Source of the DNA: Octopus vulgaris
Lineage: Eukaryota
Reading direction: 5' to 3'
DNA length: 64,000 bases
Assembly: GCA_951406725.2 (NCBI GenBank)
Contig: OX597820.1
Coordinates: 60,078,001-60,142,000 of the forward strand
Part shown: positions 23,420 to 35,204 of the stretch, piece by piece
How the letters are laid out: each line of letters opens with the position of its first letter
How positions within the stretch are numbered: position 1 is the stretch's first letter
Program-made: the position numbers and the translations under genes
Notes under the pieces: model-generated
What the model saw: the letters and a program-made list of their open reading frames with translations, nothing else
Databases searched by the model: none
What the model was told of the DNA's origin: nothing

Positions 23420-24270
23420 ATGCCTTCTATTTGTTCATCAGACAGAACTTTGTTGAGCCATGATCATGACCAGCTAATTGAATGGTTGAAAAGATTTGGA
23501 CTTCTAGCTCAAACTTGCATCTGTGATTGGGGCCACAACTGTTTATTTGTGAAATGTTTGTGGTTACAAACTGGAAGAGTACTGCTAAATACAATAGGAA
23601 ACTTATAACAATTAGAAAAGATCCAATCTTTGACAACAGCCATGTCCGGTTGGATAAAATCCTACAGTTGCTATACTGGTGCTCATTGTGTGTTCCATTA
23701 AAAGTTATAACGGCAATTTGGAATTCAACCCCTGAGTATTGAAACTACAGATTTGAAGTTGAAATCCTATAACTGACTGGTCAAATTTTTGTTGAGCTGC
23801 TTTAGCTGAACATCAGATATGTAATCCCACTTGCAGTCATAATAGCAACAAACAAGATTCCTGCACAAAATACAGGTGAGATGCACACAATAATGGCACT
23901 TGAGTATTGGGCAGATTTGAATTAAGCACTGCCCAGTGTTTATCTATATATCTGATATGCTGGTTAACAACTTTGTAATCAATGATACTCTGCATGTCTG
24001 CCCAGGAAGTATAATATTTACCGATGAATGGGCAGCAGATCAGAACTTAAGAGTCATGGATTCTTGCACTTGACTATAATAACATTCCATGTTGTTTGTA
24101 AATGAAACCACAAATGCCTACACAAATCATGTGGATTCATGCCAAATGCAGATAATGCTATATTTATGATACCTTCTCAGACTTGTTCATGAAATACTTG
24201 ATTGCATCCACATGGCAGAAGAGATACCCCAATAGACAGTTGGGACATTCACAAGCTCAAATAGCTGAGC
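23420..24270 (+). mobile_element. Merlin (IS1016/IS1595-like) transposase pseudogene
   Basis: N-terminal LIEWLKRFGLLAQTCIC..GH and TIRKDPIFDNSHVRLDKILQLLYW. C-terminal PGSIIFTDEWAA..HGFLHLT..HSMLFVNETTNAYTNHVDS matches the ISXO2-type DDE motif. Frameshifted. Confidence 0.75.
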
Positions 24271-24290
24271 AATATACATTTTGAAATATA

Positions 24291-24915
24291 TGAGGTCTGA
24301 TCAATAAGTGTCCAGAATGTTGCCATAGTGACAAAGCTAAAGCAAGCAGAGTGAAGCTGCTTGGCAAAAATTGACCTTGAACTCTGCTGTGTAGGCATCT
24401 TAAGTTATAATGTTCTAGTTCATTTCTGTTGTTTACAGCAGTACTTGGACTGAAGATGTGTAGCGTGTGATCGTTGCATTGACCATAACAGAGGAAGTTG
24501 TCAGGGTGATACTTGCTCAGAGGCCTATCCAAAATTGCAGAAAGTGTATGAAGAGGGAGTATGAACTGCACACAAGTGTATAAGTGGTTCAGGTGCTTCC
24601 AAGATGGTTGAAAAATGTTGATATTGACGAATGTTCTGAGAGACTCGCAACCAGCAGAACTGAGAAAAACACCGCAGATGTGCATGCAGCTCTGAGGGGA
24701 AAATCATCGAATCACCATCCATGAGTTATCAGAAGATATGCAGATCAGTTCAGTCCAGTATATTATGACTGGAGGTTTGGGTAGGAGATGCATGTCTGCC
24801 AAGTTTGTGCCAAAACTGCTTTCAGCTGACCAAAATGACACTTGGGTTTCAAGTTGCACAAGATCTTCTTGATTGTATTAAGAACGATGAAAACTTTGCA
24901 TGAAACTTTTTTCAG
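24291..24915 (+). mobile_element. Truncated mariner element
   Basis: TA|(c)gaggtctgatcaataagt TIR-like start. Remnants of the HTH domain (KLQKVY..; QVYKWFRCFQDG) and of MHVCQVCAKT/VPKLLSADQ. Confidence 0.7.
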
Positions 24916-26443
24916 ATTATGCTGGTATCTTTGGAATATTCATTTAATAAATTCTAGGAAGAAAATAGTGGCATAGTCCTCAAAAATAATTGTTTTTTTT
25001 TTTATTTTCAATATAATCATAATCTACATTATTGAAGCGTATGAGAAAAAGTTGAGGTGTCTGAAATATTTGCCTTTCTCATATTTTTTCCTTAAATTCC
25101 AACATAAGCTATACCAACTGAGACATATCTGTAGAAAATTTCATAACAAAATGCTCATTTTTCAGAAAGTTAATACAACTGGAGAGAAGGGCACATATTC
25201 ACAGTTACGCTGGCAATTCTTCATACAATTTACGGCCGTAAAAAAACAAAACAAAAAGCATGAATGTCCTTAAACTTTACAAAGACAATAATGCATTGAA
25301 TATGCATATTTTTAAAGTATAAAATATATGCTCAAAAAGGATAGTAGGGTCCAAAACCATAATGTCTTCAAATTTCGATTTAGGGAGGGGGTGGGGTGAT
25401 TATTTTACTTTATTTTTTGCCAACTCCCTTACCTGAGTTTTTTAGTTTAATCTGAAAATTTTCCAATTATTCAGATATTTCAAAAAGTTACACATACTTT
25501 TGAAAAATCCCAATATATTGGGTCATCCTATAATGAAGTTGTTTATATTTCTTTTATTTTTCATAATTAAGATAGTTCTTTTTGAATCTAAAATATACTC
25601 TCATTTTCTACAATGTTCTTCCATCTATCTGGTAGACTAGCAAGGCCCCTCTTCCAAAATTCATTCAGTACTGTTCTGACCTTGTCTACAGAATTCATAT
25701 TTTTTCTGTCCGAGACATGACAGTAAAGAAGAGCACACATTCACTCTCCATGCACGATTAGACTTGGAAAGTTTGTGAGGAATCTATTTGGCTGACTTTA
25801 CCAATGACACACAGGTGTCAATGATAATCAGTTGGGGCAATGCCTGGCAAATATGGTGGGTGGGGCATTGTTGTCCATTCAAACTACTCCAGCCTTTGGA
25901 ATGTCATCCTCGCTGTATGTGGCCAAGCGTTATCCTGATGGAAGAACACCTTTCATCTTGAAACCAAAGATGGTCGTTTTTCTTCTAGCGCTGACTTCAG
26001 CTGCTTGCAGTAGATCTCCTTTGTTATTGTTTTGTTTGGGTTTAAAAGTTCAAAGTGGACTAAACATTTTCATATCCCACCAAACAGATAACAATACCTT
26101 ACGTGGGTGAAAACCTTCTCTAGCCTGGGGTGCTGGTGTTTCTCCTTTCCCTACCCACTGTCTTCAGCACTTGACATTTTTATAGAGAATCCATTTCTCG
26201 CCACCAGTCACTATTCGGTCCAAACAAGGTTCATTCGTGAGACATGACAGTAAAGAAGAGCACACATTCACTCTCCATGCACGATTAGACTTGGAAAGTT
26301 TGTAAGGAACCTTATTGGCTGACTTTACCGATGACACACAGGTGTCAATGAATAGTTGAATGACTAAATCCAAGCTTCTCTGCCAGTTCCTCAACAGTTA
26401 CAATGGGATTTTGTTCCACCAGGGTTTGCAGAACGTCCTTGTT

Positions 26444-27151
26444 GGGCGATCTTTCGATTTAACTGGCAAAAATGCCAAACTAAACAGCTGTTAAGGTACA
26501 GCGTTCGGTAAAATCCATAAACAATTTATATTCATTTTCGTGGGTAGAAATGTACATTTTGTTTGAGGTCAGCATAAAGTGAAAGAGAGACGAAATGGAC
26601 AAAGGCGTGTGTATGTGTTGATGAGGGGTGCGAGACAGAAAGTATGTGCTGTATGAGAGAGAGAGAAGTGTGTTGTCAAAGAGGGGTATTGCTCTGTGTC
26701 ACTAAAAAAAATAATAATGCGAGAAAAACTAAATAAAAAATTTACATTATCACTCTCTCCCTCTCTCTTTTTTCACACATACACACACAGAGCAAGATAC
26801 ACCTCTCTCTCTCTCTCAGTCAATTGCTCACCGAAAAAAGATGCAAGAAAAAGTAAATAAACAAGTAAAAATTCACGCTATCATTCTCTCTCTTTCTCAA
26901 TCAATCACGCATACATTTATTGAAAAAATTTTAAAAAATGTACGCTGTCACTATCTCTCACACATACACACCTTGTCTCGCAACCCTCACTATTAACACA
27001 TACACAACTCCATGTCCTTTTTGTCTGACTTCAAACAAAATGTACCTTTCAAACCACAAGAATAAATAAACATTTTTTACGGAATTTACCGAAAGTAAGG
27101 TAACAGCTGAGGTGCGCGCGCACGCCTTCGAATTAAAATGAAAGATCACCC
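26444..27151. mobile_element. Non-autonomous DNA element nested in the mariner, possibly Merlin-related
   Basis: Ends GGGCGATCTTTCGATTTAA / TTAAAATGAAAGATCACCC. The left end resembles the TIR of the MITE at 38043. No TSD visible. Confidence 0.55.
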
Positions 27152-27342
27152 CACCGTTGACACTGGCTTACGCTTATTGTCCGATCCCCATATACTGCAT
27201 TAATATTCCTCGCACTTTCTGTTGCGTTGTTGCCTTTATTGAACTCATAAAGCAAAATATGCTTCTTTCTCACTTCCATTGTAGCTTTGAAAGAACTCTT
27301 AAAATCGAACTGCATTCTTCAAAACTTGCACTAATAATGACA

Positions 27343-27417
27343 AGGTAAAGAATACGCACACCCGGTGTTTAGGGTTAGGGTTAAGCCGAAAGCGGGTGGT
27401 GTGCGTATTCTTTACCT
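27343..27417. repeat. 75-bp hairpin mini-element with perfect 20-bp inverted repeats and TTAGGG repeats in the loop
   Basis: AGGTAAAGAATACGCACACC (27343-27362) / GGTGTGCGTATTCTTTACCT (27398-27417). The loop contains TTAGGGTTAGGGTTAA. Confidence 0.85.
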
Positions 27418-28601
27418 CCACCAAAATTACTACCTGCTTTTAAAGCAAAGTAGTGCAGGTAGTTTATCCCGTCCTCCCTACGACTTTTAGTTCATGAAAT
27501 GAAAAACCGCATTATTTACGTGATGACCAAATATTTACAAGATAAATCAGATTTTTAAATCTGAAAACAAAAAAAAAATCCGTGTTTTATTTTTTAAAAT
27601 TTTATTATTTTTTATTTGCAGAATTAAGATCTTGCAAAACATACTCATCCGAAAAAATTACGATTTTTGTCGCACTAGATAACTTCCGACTCTATTCTAT
27701 AGGAATGCAGTATTGTCCAGATTTCTTGTTCGTTCCCCAAACACAAGAACATTGTGGAAGAATTACTATTTGGATCAAGCAACACGATCCTTAAATATCT
27801 GACACAATTAGATATTTTCATACTTAAAGATCACATTTTAAACCTTATTAATTGCTTAATAATGTTCGCATATGTATTTTATATTGTGGCTTTCGTTTAT
27901 TTTCTTTTGAATATACGGTGATATAAAATCGCCCTTCTTATTTGATTGTGGGATATTACAAGTTTCAAATTTCATATTCTGTCGATTCACAAAAAAACTA
28001 AACATTTATTTTAATTTACCTCATTTCTGTTTAAATACATTGAATATTATATCTCCGTTTCTCCATCATTTCTCTTTTTACCTCAAAAACATTCTCTTAA
28101 ATAATCAGACCGTTAAAAAATAAATAAAAATTTTCCGTCCGACCGTTATGTTTCATTACAAAGGAGGAATAATTCAGCTCGACTTAAAGCAACATAATAA
28201 ATTAAATAAATTACACATGCTATATTAATAATTTTATACTACATATTACCCCAAAAAGTTGTTCCCTGTTCCTTCTTTCAATTAAAAAACAAAAACCGTT
28301 TATTTTTTACCTTCAGGTGAACTTAAATATAGCCCGGAAGCCATGTTCCATATTTTTTTTTGCTAATTTGAAACCTTAACAATTACCATTTTATTTCAGA
28401 ACTGAAATGTTAAATAAAATGTAATTCAGAAAGAAACTTATAAAAGAAGAGCGATATTTATAAGTTAGAAAAAAAAAATTGAAAATATTTTAAACGAATC
28501 TGGAAATAACACGAACATTTGGTAGACTAAGTTTTCTCACTATGCGTATAGCGATGTAAAGTTGATAAAGAGTAAATATATATTATATATGTGCAACTTA
28601 C

Positions 28602-28850
28602 TGTTTTCCGATATCTTTCTTCTTCACTACTTGATATAAATAGATATAGTTAAATTATAGGAATACGATGCCATTAACAGAGGCAATAAATTAATAAAGT
28701 CTTCTATAAGACATTACCGATAGTCAGGACAAACTAAGCGATACATCTAAATGGAATTCATAACTAATAGATCAACTCAATAGCATTACTTTCGTAGCTG
28801 ATTCTGGAATAAACGTATATAAAATGTATGAAACAAAATTTTAGTCATGT
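28602..28850 (-). promoter_or_regulatory. Putative non-coding first exon and core promoter of ZNF gene 2
   Basis: Homologous to 9027-9260 and bounded by the conserved GTAAGT donor. Confidence 0.55.
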
Positions 28851-29319
28851 TAAAATTGACTGTACAATTTGTGTAGCATCGTTAAGTAATTATAGTCGGT
28901 AATTTTTTAAATAAAATGGTAACGGTAGAACGGGATAAAATGTTATGGACTTAGTTTTAATTAATCCGGAGCGTATCGCTTTAAAATATTTTTTGGTTGC
29001 ATTTTTTTCATTATTTTCTTTGCCATTAACACACCCATCACCATCATCATCACCACAGTGGGCATCATGACAAACTAAAAAAAACAACAACAAAAAAACT
29101 GAGCAGCAGGCTAAATACATGGATATTTACGGCAAATAGAAATGAAGTCACTTTTCATTGAAATACACTAAATAATCAAATAAGCAGAGGATACCCGGAC
29201 AGAAATAAATGTAACGACGAAAGATGCGGGCTCTACTTCATAGCTGTGCCAAAGAATTGCTCTGGCAGTCGTTCATAGGCAAGTGTTTTGTGTTAATACG
29301 CAAGAAAGCTGATGGATTA

Positions 29320-29353
<34 letters not shown>

Positions 29354-29511
29354 GCGAGAATTATTCAGTAGCCATGATAAAACTCCGGGTTTCGGATGTT
29401 GGGGCGGAAAACCACGCCGCTATCTTTTCAGTTATCCGGCCATCGAAAAAAGTCCTCTATTTACATAATATCGAGGTCTCTTTCATTCTTTTGTTGTCTT
29501 ACCATTTCTAT

Positions 29512-29514
<3 letters not shown>

Positions 29515-29565
<51 letters not shown>

Positions 29566-29579
29566 ATGTATGTATGTAG

Positions 29580-29610
<31 letters not shown>

Positions 29611-29697
29611 ATGTATGTATGTATATATAAATATATGTATGTAGATATATATATATGTATGTAGATATAAATATATGTATGTAGATATATATATATG

Positions 29698-29770
<73 letters not shown>

Positions 29771-29776
29771 ATATAT
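29515..29776. repeat. (TA)n/(TATG)n microsatellite
   Basis: Direct inspection. Confidence 0.97.
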
Positions 29777-32700
29777 GTTGGCATCCTTTTTGTCTCGGGA
29801 GACAATGGAGTTGCGCATAAAATAGTCTAGTCCGGCCTTTACATTTCATGTCCTGATACATTTCCTGATGTGGCTGTGTAGTCCTACCCTGGACAAACAC
29901 TCCCTCTGGCAGGTACTGCAAATGTAGGGAAGACTGTTCCTGGCTGGTTGTAATGCCATAGTTTCTTGTTGACGTCTTTTCTTGTCTTTCCATTTCTCCC
30001 CTCTCTCACTCTAACTCCTTTGTATTCCCTCTTTTACGGCACGTCGCCAATCTCCACGGTTGCCGGCAACTGCTTCCCAACCGCTAATATTGATGTTGCA
30101 GGCCTTCAAGTCCCTTTTGCAAACATCCTTGTAACGTAAGAACGGTCTACCCACAGACCTAGTACCCCTAGCAAGCTCTCCGTAGAGTATGTCCTTGGGG
30201 ATTCTGCCATCTTTCATACGGCTAACATGCCCAATCCATCTAATACGTCTTTGTGTGAGGAGTGCAAACATGCTTGGTATTCCTGCTTGCTTGAGGACAT
30301 CTTTGTTGGGGATATGATTCTGCCATTTGATGCGGAGGATTTTCTGGAGGCAGCGCAGGTGAAAGATGTTTAGGCGATGCTCTTGGCGTGTGTATAGCGT
30401 CCAAGTCTCACTTCCATACAGTAGTGTGCTAAGTACACATGTCTGGTAGATCTTCATTTTCGTGGTCTTGGTCAGCTTATTGTTGTCCCATGCCCGTTTG
30501 AAGAGTTGGGCCATCGCAGCAGCTGCCTAGCCAATGCGTATATTGAGCTCAGCGTCAACGGATAGGTTGTAGGTGACGGTAGAGCCAAGATAGGTAAACT
30601 TCTCCACCTCTTGTAATCTGTGGTCTCCAATATGTGTGTTTGGGATGTCCGATGTAGCCTGACCCATGATGTTGGTCTTCTTAAGGCTGATAGCTAAGCC
30701 AAAGTCGTTACATGCTTGCTCAAAACAGTTAAGGAGCCTTTGGAGGGCTTTTTCTGTGTGTGATAAGAGGGCGGCATCATCAGCAATTAGCATCTCTTTG
30801 ATCAGGACGTTTCTGATTTTGGTCTTGGCACGCAGGCGCGAGAGATTGAACAGTTTCCCGTCACTTCTACTGTGCAGAAACACTCCATCATCTGATGTCT
30901 GAAAGGCATGTGAGAGTAAGAGCGAGAAGAAGATGTCAAATAATGTAGGAGCGAGGACACAACCTTGCTTTACCCCGTTTTTTATTTGGAAGGCGGCTGA
31001 TGTTGAACCATTGTGCTGTATGGTGCCTTGCATATCATCATGGAAAGACTTGATGATCCTCAGCAGCTTTGGTGGACATCCGATTTTTTGGAGCAGGATG
31101 AAGAGGCCTGTTCTGCTTACCGAGTCAAAGGCCTTTGTTAGATCAATGAAGGCCATATATAATGGCATTTTCTGCTCTCTGGACTTCTCCTGAAGTTGGC
31201 GTATGGAGAATATCATATCAATAGTTGATCTGCTTCTTCTAAAGCCACACTGCGATTCCGGATAGATTCGAGAAGCAAGTAGTTGTAGCCTGGCCAGGAT
31301 AACGCGAGCAAAGGTCTTTCCAACAGTGCTTAGAAGAGATATTCCACGGTAATTGTTACAATCACCACGGTCACCTTTGTTTTTGTAAAGCGTAATGATG
31401 TTAGCATCCCGCATATCCTCAGGGACTGTACCCTCTTCCCAGCACTGACACAGAAGCTCATGAAGGTGCCGAAGCAGGATGGTGTTTTTGCCGGCTTTGA
31501 TGATCTCTGAGGGGATGCCGTCTTTTCCCGGAGCCTTGTTTCTTGCTAGGGAGTCAATAGCCTTGGTGAGCTCTGCTATAGATGGCGGACTGTCAAGTTC
31601 GCACATGACTGACAAGATCTTGACACTCTCGACTGCAGCCGCAGCCAGTGTAGTCTCCCGTGAGTAGAGATCCTGGTAGTGCTCCACCCATCTATCCATT
31701 TTCTTGCTTTGACCCCTGATGAGATCTCCAGTAGTTGATTTCAGAGGGGCTGACTTGGTTGCGGATGGACCGAGGGCCTTCTTCAAACCGGCGTACATCC
31801 CACGGATGTCGCCCCCGTCAGCAGCTGACTGGATACTCTGACAGATTTCCTGCCAATACCTATTTGCACAGCGTCTGGCTGTCAGTTGGGTTTTATTTCT
31901 TGCCTTTCTGAGTTCTTCGAGTGACTTTGTAGAAGAATCACTCTTGTATTGCATCAGAGCTGCACGCTTTGCTTCGATAACTGGCTCCAGCTCTGAGAGC
32001 CCAGCATTGAACCAATCTGGGTTTTGCCTTTCTCTCATGCCGAAAGTATCTATTGATGTCGTATGCAAAGCTTCCCTGATATAATTCCACCTACCTTCAG
32101 CAGAGGAGGTTGGGCAGCTACTGAGGGCAACCTTGATAGAAGCAGCAAAAAATTTTCGCAGTGTAGGGTCCGAGGTTCTGGCAGTGTTAATGCGTGGTCG
32201 GCCCACTTTCTTGGAGCGATGGACTTTTTTAGGCAGAATCCTCACCCTACTTCTAATTAGTGAGTGGTCTGTGTTACAATCCGCGCTGTGGTAACTGCGG
32301 GTCAATAGAAGAGAATTCAGAAAGGATCTCCGTGTAATGATGAGATCCAGCTGATGCCAGTGGTGAGATCTTGGATGTCTCCAAGATGCCTTGTGGGATG
32401 GCATGTTGGTAAAGAATGTGTTTGTGATGCACAAGTTATGGTATGTGCAGAATTCGAGTAGTCTCTGACCATTGTCATTCATGTTGCCAATACGAAAGTG
32501 TCCAACACAAATGGGCCACGAATCATGGTCAGATCCCACGCGAGCGTTAAAATCCCCTAGAAGGTAGATATTTTCAGTTGTTGGTATATTTTTTTATGAC
32601 ACAGTTGAGATCTTTGTAGAACTGGTCCTTGGTATCCTCTGAGCTGTAGAGAGTGGGAGCATAGATGTTGAGTAGATGTACTGAGTCAGAAGAAGTCGAG

Positions 32701-32850
32701 AGGCGCAGTGAGAGGATACGCTCAGTGCCTCCTGATGGTGGTTCTATTGAGGAGAGTAATGAGTTTCTCACTGCAAAGCCAACGCCATGCTGACGAGGTT
32801 CTTCTGGATCGCTTCCCTGCCAAAAGAAGGTGAAATCCTGTTCTTTGATG
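29777..32850 (-). mobile_element. RTE-clade (BovB-like) LINE, 5'-truncated, young, with few disruptions
   Basis: APE remnant (QHGVGFAV, NIYAPT, GDFNA, SADCNTDH), RT (NYRGISLLS, FIDLTKAFDSV, GVKQGCVLAP, IADDAAL) and C-terminal CxxC..H..C. Frameshift near 32575, stops at 30527 and 30011. 3' end ...gagacaaaaaggatgccaac. Confidence 0.95.
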
Positions 32851-32909
32851 TATATATATATGTATGAATATATATATGTATATATATATATGTATATATA
32901 TATGTATAT

Positions 32910-33320
32910 ACTCTTACTCTTTTACTCTTTTACTTGTTTCAGTCATTTGACTGCGGCCATGCTGGAGCACCACCTTTAGTCGAGCAAATCGACCCCGGGA
33001 CTTATTCTTTGTAAGCCCAGTACTTATTCTATCGGTCTCTTTTGCCGAACCGCTAAGTGACGGGTACGTAAACACACCAGCATCGGTTGTCAAGCAATGC
33101 TAGGGGGACAAACACAGACACACAAACATATACACACACACTTATATATATATACATATATACGACAGGCTTCTTTCAGTTTCCGTCTACCAAATCCACT
33201 CACAAGGCATTGGTCGGCCCGGGGCTATAGCAGAAGACACTTGCCCAAGATGCCACGCAGTGGGACTGAACCAGGAACCATGTGGTTGGTTAGCAAGCTA
33301 CTTACCACACAGCCACTCCT

Positions 33321-33324
<4 letters not shown>
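32910..33324 (-). mobile_element. SINE family A, full length
   Basis: Near-identical reverse complement of 7422-7810, with tail (AAAAGAGT)n. Confidence 0.92.
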
Positions 33325-33392
<68 letters not shown>

Positions 33393-33417
33393 GTATATAT
33401 ATATATATATATGTATA

Positions 33418-33470
<53 letters not shown>

Positions 33471-33507
33471 ATATGTATATATATATATATATGTATGTAT
33501 ATATATG

Positions 33508-33538
<31 letters not shown>

Positions 33539-33779
33539 ATATATGTATATATATATATATATGTATGTATATATATGTATATATATATATATGTATGTAT
33601 ATATATGTATATATATATATATATATGTATGTATATGTATATATATATATATATATGTATGTATATATATGTATATATATATATATATGTATATATATGT
33701 ATGTATATATATGTATATATGTATGTATATGTATATATATGTATATATATATGTATATATATGTATATATATATATATG

Positions 33780-33852
<73 letters not shown>

Positions 33853-33857
33853 GTATG

Positions 33858-33903
<46 letters not shown>

Positions 33904-33904
33904 G

Positions 33905-33950
<46 letters not shown>

Positions 33951-33952
33951 AT

Positions 33953-33986
<34 letters not shown>

Positions 33987-33991
33987 GTATG

Positions 33992-34024
<33 letters not shown>

Positions 34025-34081
34025 GTATGTAAATATATATATATGTATGTGTGTGTGCGTATATGTATGTATGTATGTATG

Positions 34082-34122
<41 letters not shown>

Positions 34123-34219
34123 ATATATATGTATGTATGTAAACATATATATATATGTATGTATGTGTGTGTGCTATATGTATGTATGTATATATATATA
34201 TACGACAGATATATGTATC

Positions 34220-34281
<62 letters not shown>

Positions 34282-34292
34282 TATATATATAA
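33325..34292. repeat. ~970-bp compound (TA)n/(TATG)n microsatellite
   Basis: Direct inspection. It is the source of the spurious YI/IY ORFs. Confidence 0.98.
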
Positions 34293-34474
34293 GTCGATTA
34301 TAAACTGACAACACATGACTTTTGTACAAAAATGCAACACAATTTATATAGCAGCAGTTGCCCGGGATCAAAATTCGCTTAGTGGGTGCTGACCTAGGAC
34401 CAACATTTTTTTTACAGAAGTAGATTTTTTTCAATGTCAATATTAATACAAATGCAGATATAATAATAATTTTT

Positions 34475-34928
34475 GGTGCTACTTTGGTGTGTGATCTACA
34501 AGGGATATTACTTTAGGTTACTTTTTAGTTGACTTATCAATTTCTAAAAACCCGTAAGATGTTGGTTAAAGGTTTTACAATGTGATCAGCGACGAGGCGA
34601 AGGCAGTTGCGTTTTTACAAGAAGCCAGCACTAAATTTACATAATTACATAAGGTACTTATTTGGCGTGTGATCTATAATTTAAAGGGAGATTACTTTAA
34701 GTTACTTTTTAGTTTACTTTATATTCGTGCTACTTTCTGTGTGATCTACGTGAGTAAATTTAATTTGGTAGGTGATATACGTGCTTATTTTAATTATTAT
34801 ATGGTTTTCTTATTATTAAGATAGTAAGAATTTTGAAAAAATACATCTACAATGCTAAGTATCTACAAAATAATTTGAAAAGTAACCTAAAGTAACCTCC
34901 CTTGTAGATTACTCGCCAAAGTATCACC
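34475..34928 (+). mobile_element. Merlin-type non-autonomous element
   Basis: ~50-bp imperfect TIRs starting GG (ggtg.tactttgg.g.gt.atctacaaggga..ttactttaggttactttt). 8-bp TSD taattttt/taattctt. Internal remnant FYNVISDEAKAVAFLQE resembles a Merlin transposase N-terminus. Confidence 0.65.
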
Positions 34929-35204
34929 TAATTCTTATTATCATGCGGGTCAGCTGAAATGTTCATAGGCTGTGTGATCTACGTGAGCAAATTTAATTTG
35001 GTAGGTGATATACGTGCTTATTTTAATTATTATATGGTTTTCTTATTATTAAGATAGTAAGAATTTTGAAAATATACATCTACAGTGCCAAGTATCTATA
35101 AAATAATTTGAAAAGTAACCTAAAGTAACCTCCCTTGTAGATTACTCGCCAAAGTATCACCTAATTTTCATTATTATGCGGGTCAGCTGAAATGTTCATA
35201 GGCT
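34737..35204 (+). repeat. 233-bp tandem duplication
   Basis: 34737-34969 is repeated at 34970-35202 with a few substitutions. CTG microhomology at the junction. Confidence 0.9.

Larger units (their letters stand above)
25520..27531 (-). mobile_element. Mariner element, disrupted by nested insertions and an internal duplication
   Basis: Transposase pieces HILLYEFNKGNNATESARNINAVYGDRTISVSQCQRW (27133-27315), LDRIVTGGEKWILYKN (26164-26394) and HPRKVLLSVWWD. Imperfect TIRs ttgggtcatcc.ataa / ttatttacgtgatgaccaaa. Confidence 0.85.
20149..28601 (-). other. Predicted TE-expanded 5'-UTR intron of ZNF gene 2
   Basis: Donor GTAAGT at 28601-28596 and acceptor TTTCAG|GAAACTTCTCACC at 20149, homologous to the gene 1 sites. 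Confidence 0.6.

Noticed and set aside
33097-34440. Long YI/IY/MYV-rich ORFs (up to 371 aa); similar ones at 29224-29993 and 56791-57450
   Set aside because: Translations of (TA)n/(TATG)n microsatellites, which lack stop codons.
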